The notes under the pieces are model-generated. The model saw nothing but the letters and a program-made list of their open reading frames with translations. It was not told where the DNA came from and made no database searches. Of a stretch of DNA of 64,000 nucleotides, positions 30,782 through 41,259 are shown one piece after another. The DNA is from Vulcanimicrobiota bacterium (GTDB lineage Bacteria; Vulcanimicrobiota; Vulcanimicrobiia; Vulcanimicrobiales; Vulcanimicrobiaceae), in NCBI GenBank assembly GCA_963820825.1, contig CAWGBN010000008.1, positions 64,001 through 128,000 on the forward strand. Direction: 5' to 3'. Position 1 is the first letter of the stretch; each line of letters starts with the position of its first letter. The translations under genes were made by a program, and so were the position numbers.

Positions 30782-32323
30782 CTAGACTTCCGCGGTCTTA
30801 TAAATTCGAACGCGGCGGTTCGGTTCGAGGCCGGTGCTGCGCGACTGCAAGCGGTACCGTTCCGCGAGCTGATGCTGCATCCGGCGGATATACGAGGTCT
30901 GCGGAGAGAGTTCGATCGCCGAGTTGTTGAGCAGCACCTGATAGATCGCCTCCTCAGTCTCGCGCAGGGCGATCTCTTCGTTATCGATCGATCCGAGGTT
31001 GAATACGTCGCGAAGCGCCGCTTGGATCTGCGTCGTCGTGTTGGTCTTGATCGAGTAGATCGGTACGTTGTCCGAGGCGATCTGTTTGAGCTTCGGCTGC
31101 TCTTTGCGTTCGAGCGTCTTGAGCGTGAGAACGACGTCGGCATCGTCCCAGTTGCGCGCGATCGAGGCGTTGACGCGCAGATTCGCGATCGCGCGCTCGA
31201 TCTTGTTGCGCGAAACCCCGTAAGGGAAGATCAGGAGCGGCCGGTCGCGCTCTTCGCCGTCGCGGTCGTGATCGTACCCGTCGGAGAGCCGCGGCATCGA
31301 CTCCGTGTCGGCCTCTTGCACGACGGTGACCTCGCCGCTCGCTTCGCGCTGGCGGATCTCCGGCTGCGGCTGATAGCCGCGCAGCAAGGCATCGATTACC
31401 TCGGCGACGTTCTTGTGAATCGCGAGGCGGTCGCGATCGTGAATCTCGACGACGACGTCGAAGGTCGGAGGCGCTTTGCGCTCGAGCACGGTCTTGCGGG
31501 TGCCGCGCCGACGGGCCTCCTCGTCGGAGAGCGTGACCGCGCTCACTCCGCCGACGAGGTCGGAGAGGGTCGGGTTCATCAACAAGTTCTCGAGCGTCTG
31601 GCCGTGAGCGGTGCCGATCAGCGTGACGCCGCGCTCCGCGATCGTCCGCGCCGCCTCCGCCTCGGCCGCGGTGCCGATCTCGTCGATCACGATGACCTCG
31701 GGCATGTGGTTCTCGACCGCCTCGATCATCACGGCGTGCTGAAGCGCCGGATCGGCGACCTGCATCCGCCGCGCCAAGCCGATGCCGGGATGCGGAATAT
31801 CGCTGTCGCCCGCAATTTCATTCGACGTATCGACGATGACGACGCGCTTGCGCTCTTCGGAGAGCACGCGCGCGCACTCGCGCAGCATCGTCGTCTTTCC
31901 GACGCCCGGGCGCCCGAGCAGACAGATCGACTTGCCGCTGCGCAGCACGTCGAGCAGAATGTCGATCGTTCCGTAGACGGCTCGGCCGACGCGGCAGGTG
32001 AGGCCGACGATCTTTCCGGTGCGGTTGCGAATCGCGCTGATGCGGTGCAGCGTCTGTTCGATGCCCGCGCGATTATCTGCACCGAACGGTGAGATCCGCG
32101 AACAGACGTGCGCGATGTCCTCGTGGCTTACCGGCGTGTCGGCGAGATACTTGAAGTCGTGTTCGAAGCGAGCCTCGGGCGGACGTCCGAGATCGAGCAC
32201 GACCTCGATGATGTCTTCAATGTTATTGAGACGGACGAGCGCTTGCCGAATCGCGAGTGGAAAGATATCGAGGAGTTGGGAAAGCTCCCAGCTTGGGGAG
32301 TCGGAGTGAACCCTAACGGCCAC
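30782..32323 (-). CDS. Ycf45/SpoIIIAA-like AAA ATPase with C-terminal R3H domain
   Basis: GRPGVGKTT, DTSNEIAG, VIDEIG; R3H motif RRMQH. Confidence 0.9.
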   Translation of the reverse strand: MAVRVHSDSPSWELSQLLDIFPLAIRQALVRLNNIEDIIEVVLDLGRPPEARFEHDFKYLADTPVSHEDIAHVCSRISPFGADNRAGIEQTLHRISAIRNRTGKIVGLTCRVGRAVYGTIDILLDVLRSGKSICLLGRPGVGKTTMLRECARVLSEERKRVVIVDTSNEIAGDSDIPHPGIGLARRMQVADPALQHAVMIEAVENHMPEVIVIDEIGTAAEAEAARTIAERGVTLIGTAHGQTLENLLMNPTLSDLVGGVSAVTLSDEEARRRGTRKTVLERKAPPTFDVVVEIHDRDRLAIHKNVAEVIDALLRGYQPQPEIRQREASGEVTVVQEADTESMPRLSDGYDHDRDGEERDRPLLIFPYGVSRNKIERAIANLRVNASIARNWDDADVVLTLKTLERKEQPKLKQIASDNVPIYSIKTNTTTQIQAALRDVFNLGSIDNEEIALRETEEAIYQVLLNNSAIELSPQTSYIRRMQHQLAERYRLQSRSTGLEPNRRVRIYKTAEV

Positions 32324-32350
32324 GTGAGCGACTTCTCTCTGAGTGGCGGG

Positions 32351-33835
32351 TCACTCCTTCACGACGCGTATCGTGCGTAGCGCGCCGTCGTACGGGCCCT
32401 GAATTCGAACGCCCGCCTTCAACTCGAGACGTACGTAATCGACGATTTCCGGCGTAATCTCTTCGCCCGGCGCGATGACCGGAATGCCGGGCGGATAGGG
32501 CGTCAGCGTCTCGGCGCAGATACGCCCGGCCGACTCGCGGAACTTCACGAACTCCGCCGGGGCGAGAAACGCTTCGCGCGGACGCATCCGCATCGGTGGG
32601 ATCGGCGGAAGCCGAAAGTTGCCGCGCCGCAACCGCTGCTCCAAGACTCCCGATGGCGCAAACATGTCGAGTTTACGATCGTCGCGGGCCATATCGCGGA
32701 ATGCTTGAATGAGGCGTTCGGCCGCGTCGCGCGTCGTACCGATCGTCACGAGCGCAACGATGTTGAAGAGATCGGCCAGCTCGACTTGAATGTTGTGACG
32801 CCGGCGCAGGACCTCGGAGGCCTCGTAGCCTGTATAGCCGAGACCGGTGACGGTGACGGTGACCTTCGTCGGATCGAGGTCGAAGACGCCCTTGCGTCCA
32901 CGCAGCTCGTCCCCGAAGCAGTAGAGCCCCGGAATCTCGTTGATCCGTGCCCGAATCTCGCGCGCCAGTTGGATGGTGCGCGTCAGCAGAGCCTCGCCTT
33001 CGGTGGCCATCTGTTTCCGGGCGACGTCGAGCGACGCGACCATCGGCAGATTCGGCGAGGTGGAGAGGAACATCTTGAGCACCGACGTGAGGCGGTCGAG
33101 CGAGACGCGCTTGCCTCTCTGATGCAGCATCGCGCACTGCGAGAAGGCCGAGAGCATCTTATGCGTGGAGTTGATGCAGAGATCGGCTCCGGCCGCCGTC
33201 GCCGAGAGCGGAAGCTCGCGGTGAAAGTGGAAGTGCGGCCCCCACGCCTCGTCGACGAGCAGAGGCTTCCCGGCGTTGTGAGCGATCCGCTCGATCGCGG
33301 CGAGATCGGCGGCGACGCCATAGTACGTCGGTGAGACGAGGTAGATCGCGGCGAGATCGGGATGCTGCTCCAGGGTTTGCGCTACGGTCTCCGGCGTGAC
33401 GCAGTGGTCCATGCGCAGCTCTTCGTCGATCTCGGGCTGCATATAGATCGGCACGGCGCCGCTCATGATCAGGCCGCCGAGCATCGACTTGTGCGAGTTG
33501 CGCGGCACCGCGATCTTCTCGCCCGGATTTACCGCGGTCATCATCATGCATTGGTTGCCGCTCGTCGAACCGTTGATCAGAAAGAACGAGTGATCGGCAC
33601 CCCACGCCGCCGCGGCAAGCCTCTGCGCCTCCTTAATCGACTCGGTCGGCTGCAGCAGGTCGTCGATTCCGGGCATCGGCGTGAGGTCGATCGCGCAAAT
33701 GTTGTCGCCGACATACTCGCGGAACGCGAGATCCATTCCATTGCCTTGAACGTGGCCGGGCGTATGAAACGGCAAGACGCCCGAGTCGACGTAATCGAGC
33801 AACGCTTGAAAATACGGCGTTCGATTCTGGTCCAC
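32351..33835 (-). CDS. PLP-dependent Arg/Lys/Orn decarboxylase
   Basis: FHTPGH, NGSTSG, VDEAWG, STHK and PYPPGIP motifs; GTG start at 33835. Confidence 0.93.
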   Translation of the reverse strand: MDQNRTPYFQALLDYVDSGVLPFHTPGHVQGNGMDLAFREYVGDNICAIDLTPMPGIDDLLQPTESIKEAQRLAAAAWGADHSFFLINGSTSGNQCMMMTAVNPGEKIAVPRNSHKSMLGGLIMSGAVPIYMQPEIDEELRMDHCVTPETVAQTLEQHPDLAAIYLVSPTYYGVAADLAAIERIAHNAGKPLLVDEAWGPHFHFHRELPLSATAAGADLCINSTHKMLSAFSQCAMLHQRGKRVSLDRLTSVLKMFLSTSPNLPMVASLDVARKQMATEGEALLTRTIQLAREIRARINEIPGLYCFGDELRGRKGVFDLDPTKVTVTVTGLGYTGYEASEVLRRRHNIQVELADLFNIVALVTIGTTRDAAERLIQAFRDMARDDRKLDMFAPSGVLEQRLRRGNFRLPPIPPMRMRPREAFLAPAEFVKFRESAGRICAETLTPYPPGIPVIAPGEEITPEIVDYVRLELKAGVRIQGPYDGALRTIRVVKE

Positions 33836-33843
33836 GGCGTCGG

Positions 33844-34548
33844 CTAGAGCGGCGGCGTCGTGCTCTGCCAGTCGGCGCGAACGACTCCCGGCAGCGCGAG
33901 CAGCCGGGTCGAGAGCGCCTCGATCCGTTCGACCTGCGGTTTCGGCGAAAAGACGTCGGCGTCGAGCTCGATCCGTCCCTCCGCGGCCTTGTTTCGGGTG
34001 AGGGATTGCAGGCTCAGTTCTGAGCCGCTGACCGCCTTTACGATCTCGGCGCTTACGGCCGACTGGCTCTCCGGCGTGCAGATGACCGTGACCTTGTAGG
34101 TCGTCTCGGCATACTGCCCGGCTCCGGCGCGGCGATCGATCGCATCGGCGACCGGCTGCAGGAACAAGTTGAAGAGGATGACCGCGAGCGCTCCCGCTCC
34201 CGCCTCCTCCCAGAGGCCGAAGCCGGCCAGCGCGCCGACCGCCGCCGTCGACCAAATCGTCGCCGCGGTATTTAGCCCGCTCACGTTAAGGCCCGACCGG
34301 AAGATGACGCCGCCGGCAATAAAGCCGACGCCGGTGACGACGCCGGCGACGATGCGCGTCGTGTCGTTCGCCGCGAGCATGGTGTCGAGCAGCGCGAAGA
34401 GCGCCGCGCCGATCGCAACCAGGCTCGTCGTATGCAGGCCGGCCGATCGCTGACGCCACTGTCGCTCGAAACCGATTGCGGCGCCGAAGCCGGCCGCGGT
34501 CGCGAGCCGGATTAGAAAGTCGAGCGAGGTGATCTCACTTGCCTTCAT
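33844..34548 (-). CDS. MgtC/SapB family protein
   Basis: IGFERQ, AGLHT, VVTGVGFIAGG and GLNTAATIW motifs. Confidence 0.92.
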   Translation of the reverse strand: MKASEITSLDFLIRLATAAGFGAAIGFERQWRQRSAGLHTTSLVAIGAALFALLDTMLAANDTTRIVAGVVTGVGFIAGGVIFRSGLNVSGLNTAATIWSTAAVGALAGFGLWEEAGAGALAVILFNLFLQPVADAIDRRAGAGQYAETTYKVTVICTPESQSAVSAEIVKAVSGSELSLQSLTRNKAAEGRIELDADVFSPKPQVERIEALSTRLLALPGVVRADWQSTTPPL

Positions 34549-34879
34549 CGCGCGCAGGCTCCTCAACCTCGTGCATGAGCGTGTACTCTATTACGACGCG
34601 CAGGAAGACGATCGCGGCGAGTTGGCCGAGCTCGCGCCAATCGGGCGAAACGGCCGTGCGAATGATATCGCTGCCGATAAGCAACTCAAGCGCTAAAGCC
34701 AGCCATTGACTCACCCGCCCGCGAATGGCGTTGATGCGCGGACCGGGATCGGCCAAAAGCAGCGCGAAGCCGGCGCGAATAACTGCCGGAAGTACCGCCC
34801 CCACGATGAGCAGTGCCGTCAGCGCGTCGAGAAAGGTCGCAGCTCGGAGGGCCCAGTCGTGCACGAGTTGCTCGAACAT
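34535..34879 (-). CDS. DUF1622 family membrane protein
   Basis: LALELLIGSDIIRT..P.W.ELGQLAAIVFLR. Confidence 0.85.
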   Translation of the reverse strand: MFEQLVHDWALRAATFLDALTALLIVGAVLPAVIRAGFALLLADPGPRINAIRGRVSQWLALALELLIGSDIIRTAVSPDWRELGQLAAIVFLRVVIEYTLMHEVEEPARDEGK

Positions 34880-34985
34880 GCGGCATCGCTTTCGACGCGC
34901 GTTTTTGGGATACCGTCAAGGGGCAGGCCGTGCTAGGATGTCGTAGATTACCGGCTTCCCTAACAAACGTGGAGGTAAATTTCCC

Positions 34986-37340
34986 ATGTCCGCCGCCGAC
35001 AAGCTTGGTCTTCGTACGATTCTGCCGATCCCCGACGCGCAGCACGTCGGGCTCACGACGTACGATGCAAAGGATCCCGAGACGAGTTTCCGGCCCATCG
35101 AGCCGCTGCGCCCCCCGAAGAAGGCGCCGAACGTCTTGATCGTCCTGCTCGACGACGTCGGCTTCGGCGCGTCGAGCGCGTTCGGCGGCCCGGTTCACAC
35201 GCCGACGGCGGAACGTCTTGCGTCAAACGGCTTGAAGTACAATCGCTTTCACACGACGGCGCTCTGTTCGCCCTCGCGTCAGGCGCTGCTCACCGGAAGA
35301 AATCACCATTCCGTCGGGATGGGCAGCATTACCGAGCTCGCCACCTCGGCGCCGGGATATAGCTCGATTCGTCCGAAGGCAGCCGCCCCGATGGCCGAGA
35401 CGTTGCGGCTCAACGGCTATTCCACCGCGCAGTTCGGAAAGTGCCACGAAGTCCCGGTCTGGGAGACGAGTCCGATGGGGCCGTTCTCGCAGTGGCCGAC
35501 GGGCAGCGGCTTCGAGCACTTCTATGGATTCATCGGCGGCGAAACCAATCAGTGGGCGCCAGCGATCTACCGCGACACCGTGCCGGTCGAACCGCCCGAC
35601 GACCCCGAGTATCACTTTACCGTCGACATGACCGATCGCGCGATCGAGTGGGTCCGGCAGCAAAAGGCACTCATGCCCGACAAGCCGTTCTTCGTCTACT
35701 TCGCGCCCGGCGCAACGCACGCGCCGCATCACGTTCCGAAGGAATGGGCCGAGAAGTACCGCGGCAAGTTCGATGAGGGTTGGGACGCCCTGCGTAAAGC
35801 CTCTTTCGCACGGCAGAAAAAGCTCGGCGTCATTCCGCCCGACGCGACGCTCACCGATCGTCCGGCCGAGATTCCCGCATGGGATGACGTCACGGCCGAT
35901 ATGAAACCGGTGCTCGCGCGCGAGATGGAAGTCTACGCCGGTTTCCTCGAACATGCCGACCATCACGTCGGCCGTCTGGTCGACGCCATCGACGACCTCG
36001 GCGTGCTCGACGATACGCTGCTCTTCTACATCATCGGCGACAACGGCGCCTCGGCGGAAGGCACGCCTAACGGCTGTTTCAACGAGGCGCTGATGCTCAA
36101 CGGCGTGAGCGGCGTCGAAACGCCCGAGTTTCTCAAGGAGCACATCGACGAATTCGGCGGTCCAAAGGCATACAACCACTACGCGGTGGGCTGGGCGCAT
36201 GCGATGGATACGCCGTATCAATGGACGAAACAAGTCGCTTCACATTGGGGAGGCACCCGCAACGGCACGATCGTTCAGTGGCCGCACGGTATCAAGGCGC
36301 GCGGCGAGATCCGATCTCAGTTTCATCACGTCATCGACGTCGCTCCGACCATCCTCGAGGCCGCGCACCTGCCGCATCCGGCAATCGTCAACGGCATCGC
36401 GCAGAGGCCGTTCGAAGGCTTCTCGATGGGGTATTCCTTCGACGACGCAGCGGCGCCGGAGGCTCACGATACGCAGTACTTCGAGATGTTCGTCAACCGC
36501 GGCATCTATCATAAGGGTTGGACGGCGGTAACGAGACACAGCACGCCTTGGGTCGTCGCTCCCTTGCCGCCGTACGATGAAGACGTTTGGGAGCTCTACG
36601 CGCCCGACGACTGGAGCCAATCGCGCAATCTCGCGAAAGAGAACCCGGAGAAGCTGCGCGATCTTCAACGTCAGTTCCTCATCGAGGCCGCTAAGTACAA
36701 CGTGCTGCCGCTTGACGACCGGCGCGTCGAGCGCTTCGACCCGGACATGGCCGGGCGTCCGCAACTAATCAAAGGAAAGAGTCAGCTGCTCTTCGGCGGC
36801 ATGGGGCGCCTCAGCGAAAACTCCGTCCTCCCGTTGAAGAACAAATCGCACTCGGTGACCGCCCAGGTGCTCGTGCGCGATGGCGCCGCGCAGGGCGTGA
36901 TAGTCGCGCAGGGCGGCGCTTTCGGCGGCTGGGCTCTCTACGCGAAAGATGGAAAGCCCGCGTACTGCTACAACTTCGCGGGAATCCAATCGTTCACGAT
37001 TTACGGCGACCGCGAGATTCCAAAGGGTGAGAGCCAGATCCGTGCCGAGTTTGCCTACGACGGCGGAGGCTTGGGTAAGGGCGCGACCGTAAGCCTGTAC
37101 GTCGACGGTAAGAAGTGCGGCGAGGGGCGCGTCGAGATGACGGTGCCGCTGATATTCTCCGCCGACGAGACTTGCGACGTCGGAATGGAGAGCGGCACGC
37201 CGGTCAGCACCGACTATCCGGCGAGAGGAAACGAGTTCACCGGAACGGTGCAATGGATACAACTCGACATCGGGAAGGTGGACGACGACCACTTCGTCTC
37301 CCCCGAAGAGCGGTATCGGCTCGCGATGGCCCGTCAATAG
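34986..37340 (+). CDS. Arylsulfatase (formylglycine-dependent)
   Basis: PNVLIVLLDDVGFG; CSPSR signature; GKCH; GGAGG RBS. Confidence 0.95.
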   Translation: MSAADKLGLRTILPIPDAQHVGLTTYDAKDPETSFRPIEPLRPPKKAPNVLIVLLDDVGFGASSAFGGPVHTPTAERLASNGLKYNRFHTTALCSPSRQALLTGRNHHSVGMGSITELATSAPGYSSIRPKAAAPMAETLRLNGYSTAQFGKCHEVPVWETSPMGPFSQWPTGSGFEHFYGFIGGETNQWAPAIYRDTVPVEPPDDPEYHFTVDMTDRAIEWVRQQKALMPDKPFFVYFAPGATHAPHHVPKEWAEKYRGKFDEGWDALRKASFARQKKLGVIPPDATLTDRPAEIPAWDDVTADMKPVLAREMEVYAGFLEHADHHVGRLVDAIDDLGVLDDTLLFYIIGDNGASAEGTPNGCFNEALMLNGVSGVETPEFLKEHIDEFGGPKAYNHYAVGWAHAMDTPYQWTKQVASHWGGTRNGTIVQWPHGIKARGEIRSQFHHVIDVAPTILEAAHLPHPAIVNGIAQRPFEGFSMGYSFDDAAAPEAHDTQYFEMFVNRGIYHKGWTAVTRHSTPWVVAPLPPYDEDVWELYAPDDWSQSRNLAKENPEKLRDLQRQFLIEAAKYNVLPLDDRRVERFDPDMAGRPQLIKGKSQLLFGGMGRLSENSVLPLKNKSHSVTAQVLVRDGAAQGVIVAQGGAFGGWALYAKDGKPAYCYNFAGIQSFTIYGDREIPKGESQIRAEFAYDGGGLGKGATVSLYVDGKKCGEGRVEMTVPLIFSADETCDVGMESGTPVSTDYPARGNEFTGTVQWIQLDIGKVDDDHFVSPEERYRLAMARQ

Positions 37341-38155
37341 TGAGTTGGCTCGCCGGCATTCCGGTTCTGATCGCGCTTCCGCTCTTCGGACTGATACCGG
37401 CGGCCGTCGCGGTCGGAGTGCACACGCTGGTGCGCCGCGCGGTACCTCCGGAGAGCCTTGTCGAGCAGCACGACGTTGCCGGATACCTCATCGCGGTCGT
37501 CGGCGTACTCTACTCCGTCGTCCTCGGGTTTCTCGTCGGAACGGTCTGGACGCAGTTTGCGTCGGCACAACAGACCGCCGACGCCGAAGCCGGCTCGGTC
37601 GCCAACGCCTTCAACTTCGCGAGTAGCGTCCGTCAGCCGCAGAGCGCGATACTTCAGCGGCTCATCGCTCGCTATGCGCTCGAAGTGCGCGACGTCGAAT
37701 GGTTCTCGTCGCAGCATGGCCGCGAAGATGCCGTCGCCGAGTCGCTGCTCGAAAGCGCGGTTCACGTTACCATCGGCATGCCGCCGCCGTCCGCGCGAAG
37801 CGATCCCGGCGCCGTCCTCGAAAGCTCGACGATGCGAGATTGGCTGCTGACGAGTCTTCGCGATATCGGCGACGCTCGCCGGCTACGTCTCCTGCAATCG
37901 CAAAGCTGGCTCCCGCCGGGCTTAATCGAAGCACTGATCCTCGGCGGCGTTATCGTGGTCTGCTTCACGTTCTTCTTCGGGGTGAAGAACTACCCACGGC
38001 AGATGGCGATGACGGCACTGCTAACCGGCTCGATGGGTCTCTTCTTCGGGCTCGTTATCGAGTTGAGCACGCCGTACTCGGGCGCGATCCACATTTCGCG
38101 AGACGCCTGGACTTACATCATCGAGAACAACGAGCTCACGAAGTACGCCCGGTAA
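37340..38155 (+). CDS. DUF4239-like membrane protein
   Basis: VVGVLYSVVLGF, ARRLRL and ELSTPYSG motifs; GTG overlaps the sulfatase stop. Confidence 0.75.
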   Translation: MSWLAGIPVLIALPLFGLIPAAVAVGVHTLVRRAVPPESLVEQHDVAGYLIAVVGVLYSVVLGFLVGTVWTQFASAQQTADAEAGSVANAFNFASSVRQPQSAILQRLIARYALEVRDVEWFSSQHGREDAVAESLLESAVHVTIGMPPPSARSDPGAVLESSTMRDWLLTSLRDIGDARRLRLLQSQSWLPPGLIEALILGGVIVVCFTFFFGVKNYPRQMAMTALLTGSMGLFFGLVIELSTPYSGAIHISRDAWTYIIENNELTKYAR

Positions 38156-38160
38156 GGGCC

Positions 38161-38769
38161 TCATACCGTTGCGCTGGGATGAACGCCGGGCCGGTATCCC
38201 GCCGCGAGCAGTGCAACGATACTCGGCGGCGTGAGGACCTCAACGGTTTCGCGGGCGCGCGCTAAACGACGCTCGCGGTAGCCGGAGTCCGACCATGCGT
38301 GAAGATGCCCGTCCCAAACAAGCCACGGCGCGCCGTCGAGTGCGACGAATGCGCCGTCGGGAATCGCCGCGAGCTCGGCGCGATAGGCTCGCTTCCGCTT
38401 GCCTGCGAGACGCTCTGCATGGAGGCGCGCGTCCATTTCGTCGGCGGCGGCCAGGCCGGTGTGGCAAAGGCGCCACAACGCTTGGAAGCGCCGGTAATCG
38501 TCGCGACGGCACTCCGCGCAGGGACGATGGCCGGCGCTCAGCGCGACGCTCTCGTCGAGAAAGAAGAGCTCCGTGTACCGGCGCGGCGTCATCACCGCGC
38601 GCGTGCGCCCTCGAAACTCGAGCACGCAGGCAATCCAACGGCGCACTTGCCAGGCGCGCACGATCCGCCGCGATTCGTCGTGCAAGACGCCACGGTTTCC
38701 CATCATCAGCCCGCGCCCGGAGAGCGCAACGATCTCACCGAACGGCGTGACGCGGTTTTGCAGGGGCAT
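38161..38769 (-). CDS. Hypothetical protein with an Ada-like Cys motif
   Basis: MPLQNRVTPFG; FFLDE..ALSAGHRPCAECRR. Confidence 0.8.
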   Translation of the reverse strand: MPLQNRVTPFGEIVALSGRGLMMGNRGVLHDESRRIVRAWQVRRWIACVLEFRGRTRAVMTPRRYTELFFLDESVALSAGHRPCAECRRDDYRRFQALWRLCHTGLAAADEMDARLHAERLAGKRKRAYRAELAAIPDGAFVALDGAPWLVWDGHLHAWSDSGYRERRLARARETVEVLTPPSIVALLAAGYRPGVHPSATV

Positions 38770-38771
38770 CG

Positions 38772-41195
38772 CTAGACGGCGAAGGCCTCCGCCGTCGCCT
38801 GCTCGTCCGAGAAGCGCGCGCCTTCGGCGGCGAGCGCATCGGCCTCATCGGCACCGAGCGTCGCTACGAGCCTCTCCGCCAACATTTCGTCCGTGCGGCG
38901 TTCGGTCATGTCGCGTTCGCATCCCTCGCGGCGATACCAGTGATCGACGTATCCTCGCAGGCGCGCGGCGCGCCGAACGTCGCCGCGCAGCGCGGCGACC
39001 GCGGCGAGGTGCTGAATCGCGACCGTGGCGTAGAGCGACTGCGCATCCTGTGCCAGCGCGAGCGCTTCGGTGGCGGTAAGGCGCGCACCGTCGATATCCC
39101 CGAGCACCAGCCGGCAGGCTGCCGAGTTTGCGAGCGCCGGAATCTCCCGGTGCTGCGAATGCGAGCGCCGCGCCGCCGTGAGAGCCGCTTCGGCGCACTC
39201 GAGCGCCAGTTCGAAGTTACCGGCGCCAAGCTCGAGCTCGCCGATGTTTTGGCGTATCGCGGCCGCGTCGAAGTCGTCACCGATTGCCGTCATTACCGCG
39301 AGCGCCTGCGCGTACTGCCGCCGCGCTTCATCGAAGCGGCCAAAATGAGCGGCAATCCGCGCGCCGACGTCGAGAGCCCAGGCGTAGCGGCGCGTTCGAA
39401 CGAGTCCGTTTTCACGGCAGAGTTCGAGCGCGCGATTGTCGACCCGCTCGGCCTCTTCCACGCGCCCGGCATCGAGAAGCCCGCCGGTGATTTGATAGAG
39501 ACTCGCGACCTGCGCGAAAACGTCGCCGCGTGCCTCGTCGAGCTCCAGCGCACGCTGCGCCGCCTCGACCTTCTGCGATCCAAAACTCAGCCAGGATCGC
39601 GCGCGCCAAAGGTGTGCCGCGACCGCCGGATCGGCATCCGCATCGAGATGCGGCAGCACCGCTTCGAGCCAGCGTCGCGGTTCGGCCTGGCCGCGATTCA
39701 TGCTCCATATCAACGCGAAACCGGCCACGATGCGCGCCGCTGCCGCGTAGTCGTCTACCGACAACGCCCATTCGATCGCCGATCGCGCGTTTTCGAGCTC
39801 CGGTTCGAACTCGCGAACCCACGGTTCGCTCGCCATCGTTCGCGCCGTCTCCCAGACGCGATCGGCGACGTTGGCCAGCCAGAGTGCGTGGCGGCGCGCG
39901 AGCTCCGCGCGTTCACCGCTCTCCACGAGTTTTTCGAGCGCGAAGGCGTGCGTCGACTCGAGCAGCCGGTAGCGCGAGCGGCTGCCGTCAACGTCGGGGA
40001 TCACGAGCGATTTCTCGGCGAGCGACGAGACGAGATCGAAGACGTCGTCCGGATCCAAAGCATCGTCCGAGGCAACCGCCTCGGCGCCTTCGAGCGTGCA
40101 GCCGTCGACGAAGACCGCGAGACGTTCGAAGAGCCGCTGCTCGCGTGGAGAGAGCAAGTTGAAGCTCCAATCGATCGTCGCGCGCATGGTTTGCTGGCGT
40201 GGCAGCGCGGTTCGCTCGCCCCCGGTCAGAATGCGAAACCGCTCGTCGAGCCGCTCGGTAAGAGCCCGAACCGAGAGCAGGTTGATCCGCGCTGCGGCGA
40301 GTTCGATCGCCAAGGGGATGCCGTCGAGACGGCGGCAGAGGTCGCGCACGGCCGGTGCGTTCTCATCGGTGACGGTAAAGCGATGATCGACCGCGCGCGC
40401 GCGATCGGTAAATAGCGTGACTGCGGCGCTCTCGTCGAGCGAGGGCAGTCGATAGGTCCGTTCGCCGGCAGTACGCAATGGCTCGCGGCTCGTTGCGAGG
40501 ATCCGCAGTTGCGGGCACGCGCCGAGCAGCGTATCGGCGACCGTCGCCGCCTCAACGATCACGTGCTCGCAATTGTCGAGGATCAAGAGCGACGGATTGC
40601 TCTTGAGCGACGCGGCGAGGGCGTCGAGCAACGACCGCTCGTGCGTCTCTTTCACGCCGACGGCGGCCGCGACCGCCGCGCTCACCAAGCCTTCGCGAAT
40701 CGCGGCCAGACCGACGAAGCGTACCGCAGTCTCGTCGCCTTCGGCCAGGGCGGCGCCGACCCGTAGTGCGGTTTGCGTCTTGCCGACGCCTCCCGATCCC
40801 GTGAGCGTAACGAGCCGGTACTCGTGCATGAGCGCGGCGAGCTCTTTGAGGTCCGCCTCGCGACCGACGAAGCTCGTCAGCGCGAGCGGCAAGCCCAAAG
40901 CGTGCCGGGCTCCTACCGAAACCGCCGGCTTCTCGGCCGTGCGCGATGCCGCACTCGTGGCCGCGAGTTCGAACGCGCTGCGCTCGTCGTCGCGCAGCGC
41001 GAGCGCGGCCACCAGAAGTTCGAGCGTCTCGCGTTGCGGCGTGCGGCGATAGCCGCGCTCGAGCGCGCTGACGCCGTTCGTGCTCATGCGAGCCCGCTCG
41101 GCGAGCGCGTCTTGAGAGAGTCCGGCCGCGAGGCGGTGACGCCGCAGAAGCGTCCCAAAATCCGGCGGACTTATCGCCCGTTCTCCGCCCTCCAT
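38772..41195 (-). CDS. XRE-HTH / STAND-type ATPase / TPR transcriptional regulator
   Basis: FGTLLRRHR..LSQDALAE HTH; GSGGVGKT; LDNCEH; LDGIPLAIELAA; helical repeats. Alternative start 41222. Confidence 0.9.
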   Translation of the reverse strand: MEGGERAISPPDFGTLLRRHRLAAGLSQDALAERARMSTNGVSALERGYRRTPQRETLELLVAALALRDDERSAFELAATSAASRTAEKPAVSVGARHALGLPLALTSFVGREADLKELAALMHEYRLVTLTGSGGVGKTQTALRVGAALAEGDETAVRFVGLAAIREGLVSAAVAAAVGVKETHERSLLDALAASLKSNPSLLILDNCEHVIVEAATVADTLLGACPQLRILATSREPLRTAGERTYRLPSLDESAAVTLFTDRARAVDHRFTVTDENAPAVRDLCRRLDGIPLAIELAAARINLLSVRALTERLDERFRILTGGERTALPRQQTMRATIDWSFNLLSPREQRLFERLAVFVDGCTLEGAEAVASDDALDPDDVFDLVSSLAEKSLVIPDVDGSRSRYRLLESTHAFALEKLVESGERAELARRHALWLANVADRVWETARTMASEPWVREFEPELENARSAIEWALSVDDYAAAARIVAGFALIWSMNRGQAEPRRWLEAVLPHLDADADPAVAAHLWRARSWLSFGSQKVEAAQRALELDEARGDVFAQVASLYQITGGLLDAGRVEEAERVDNRALELCRENGLVRTRRYAWALDVGARIAAHFGRFDEARRQYAQALAVMTAIGDDFDAAAIRQNIGELELGAGNFELALECAEAALTAARRSHSQHREIPALANSAACRLVLGDIDGARLTATEALALAQDAQSLYATVAIQHLAAVAALRGDVRRAARLRGYVDHWYRREGCERDMTERRTDEMLAERLVATLGADEADALAAEGARFSDEQATAEAFAV

Positions 41196-41259
41196 CGCCG
41201 TGGGGAGGTTCGCGCCGCGCACCCTCGTGCCCCTCGCCTAAGCCGCGGGCAAGCGGGCG

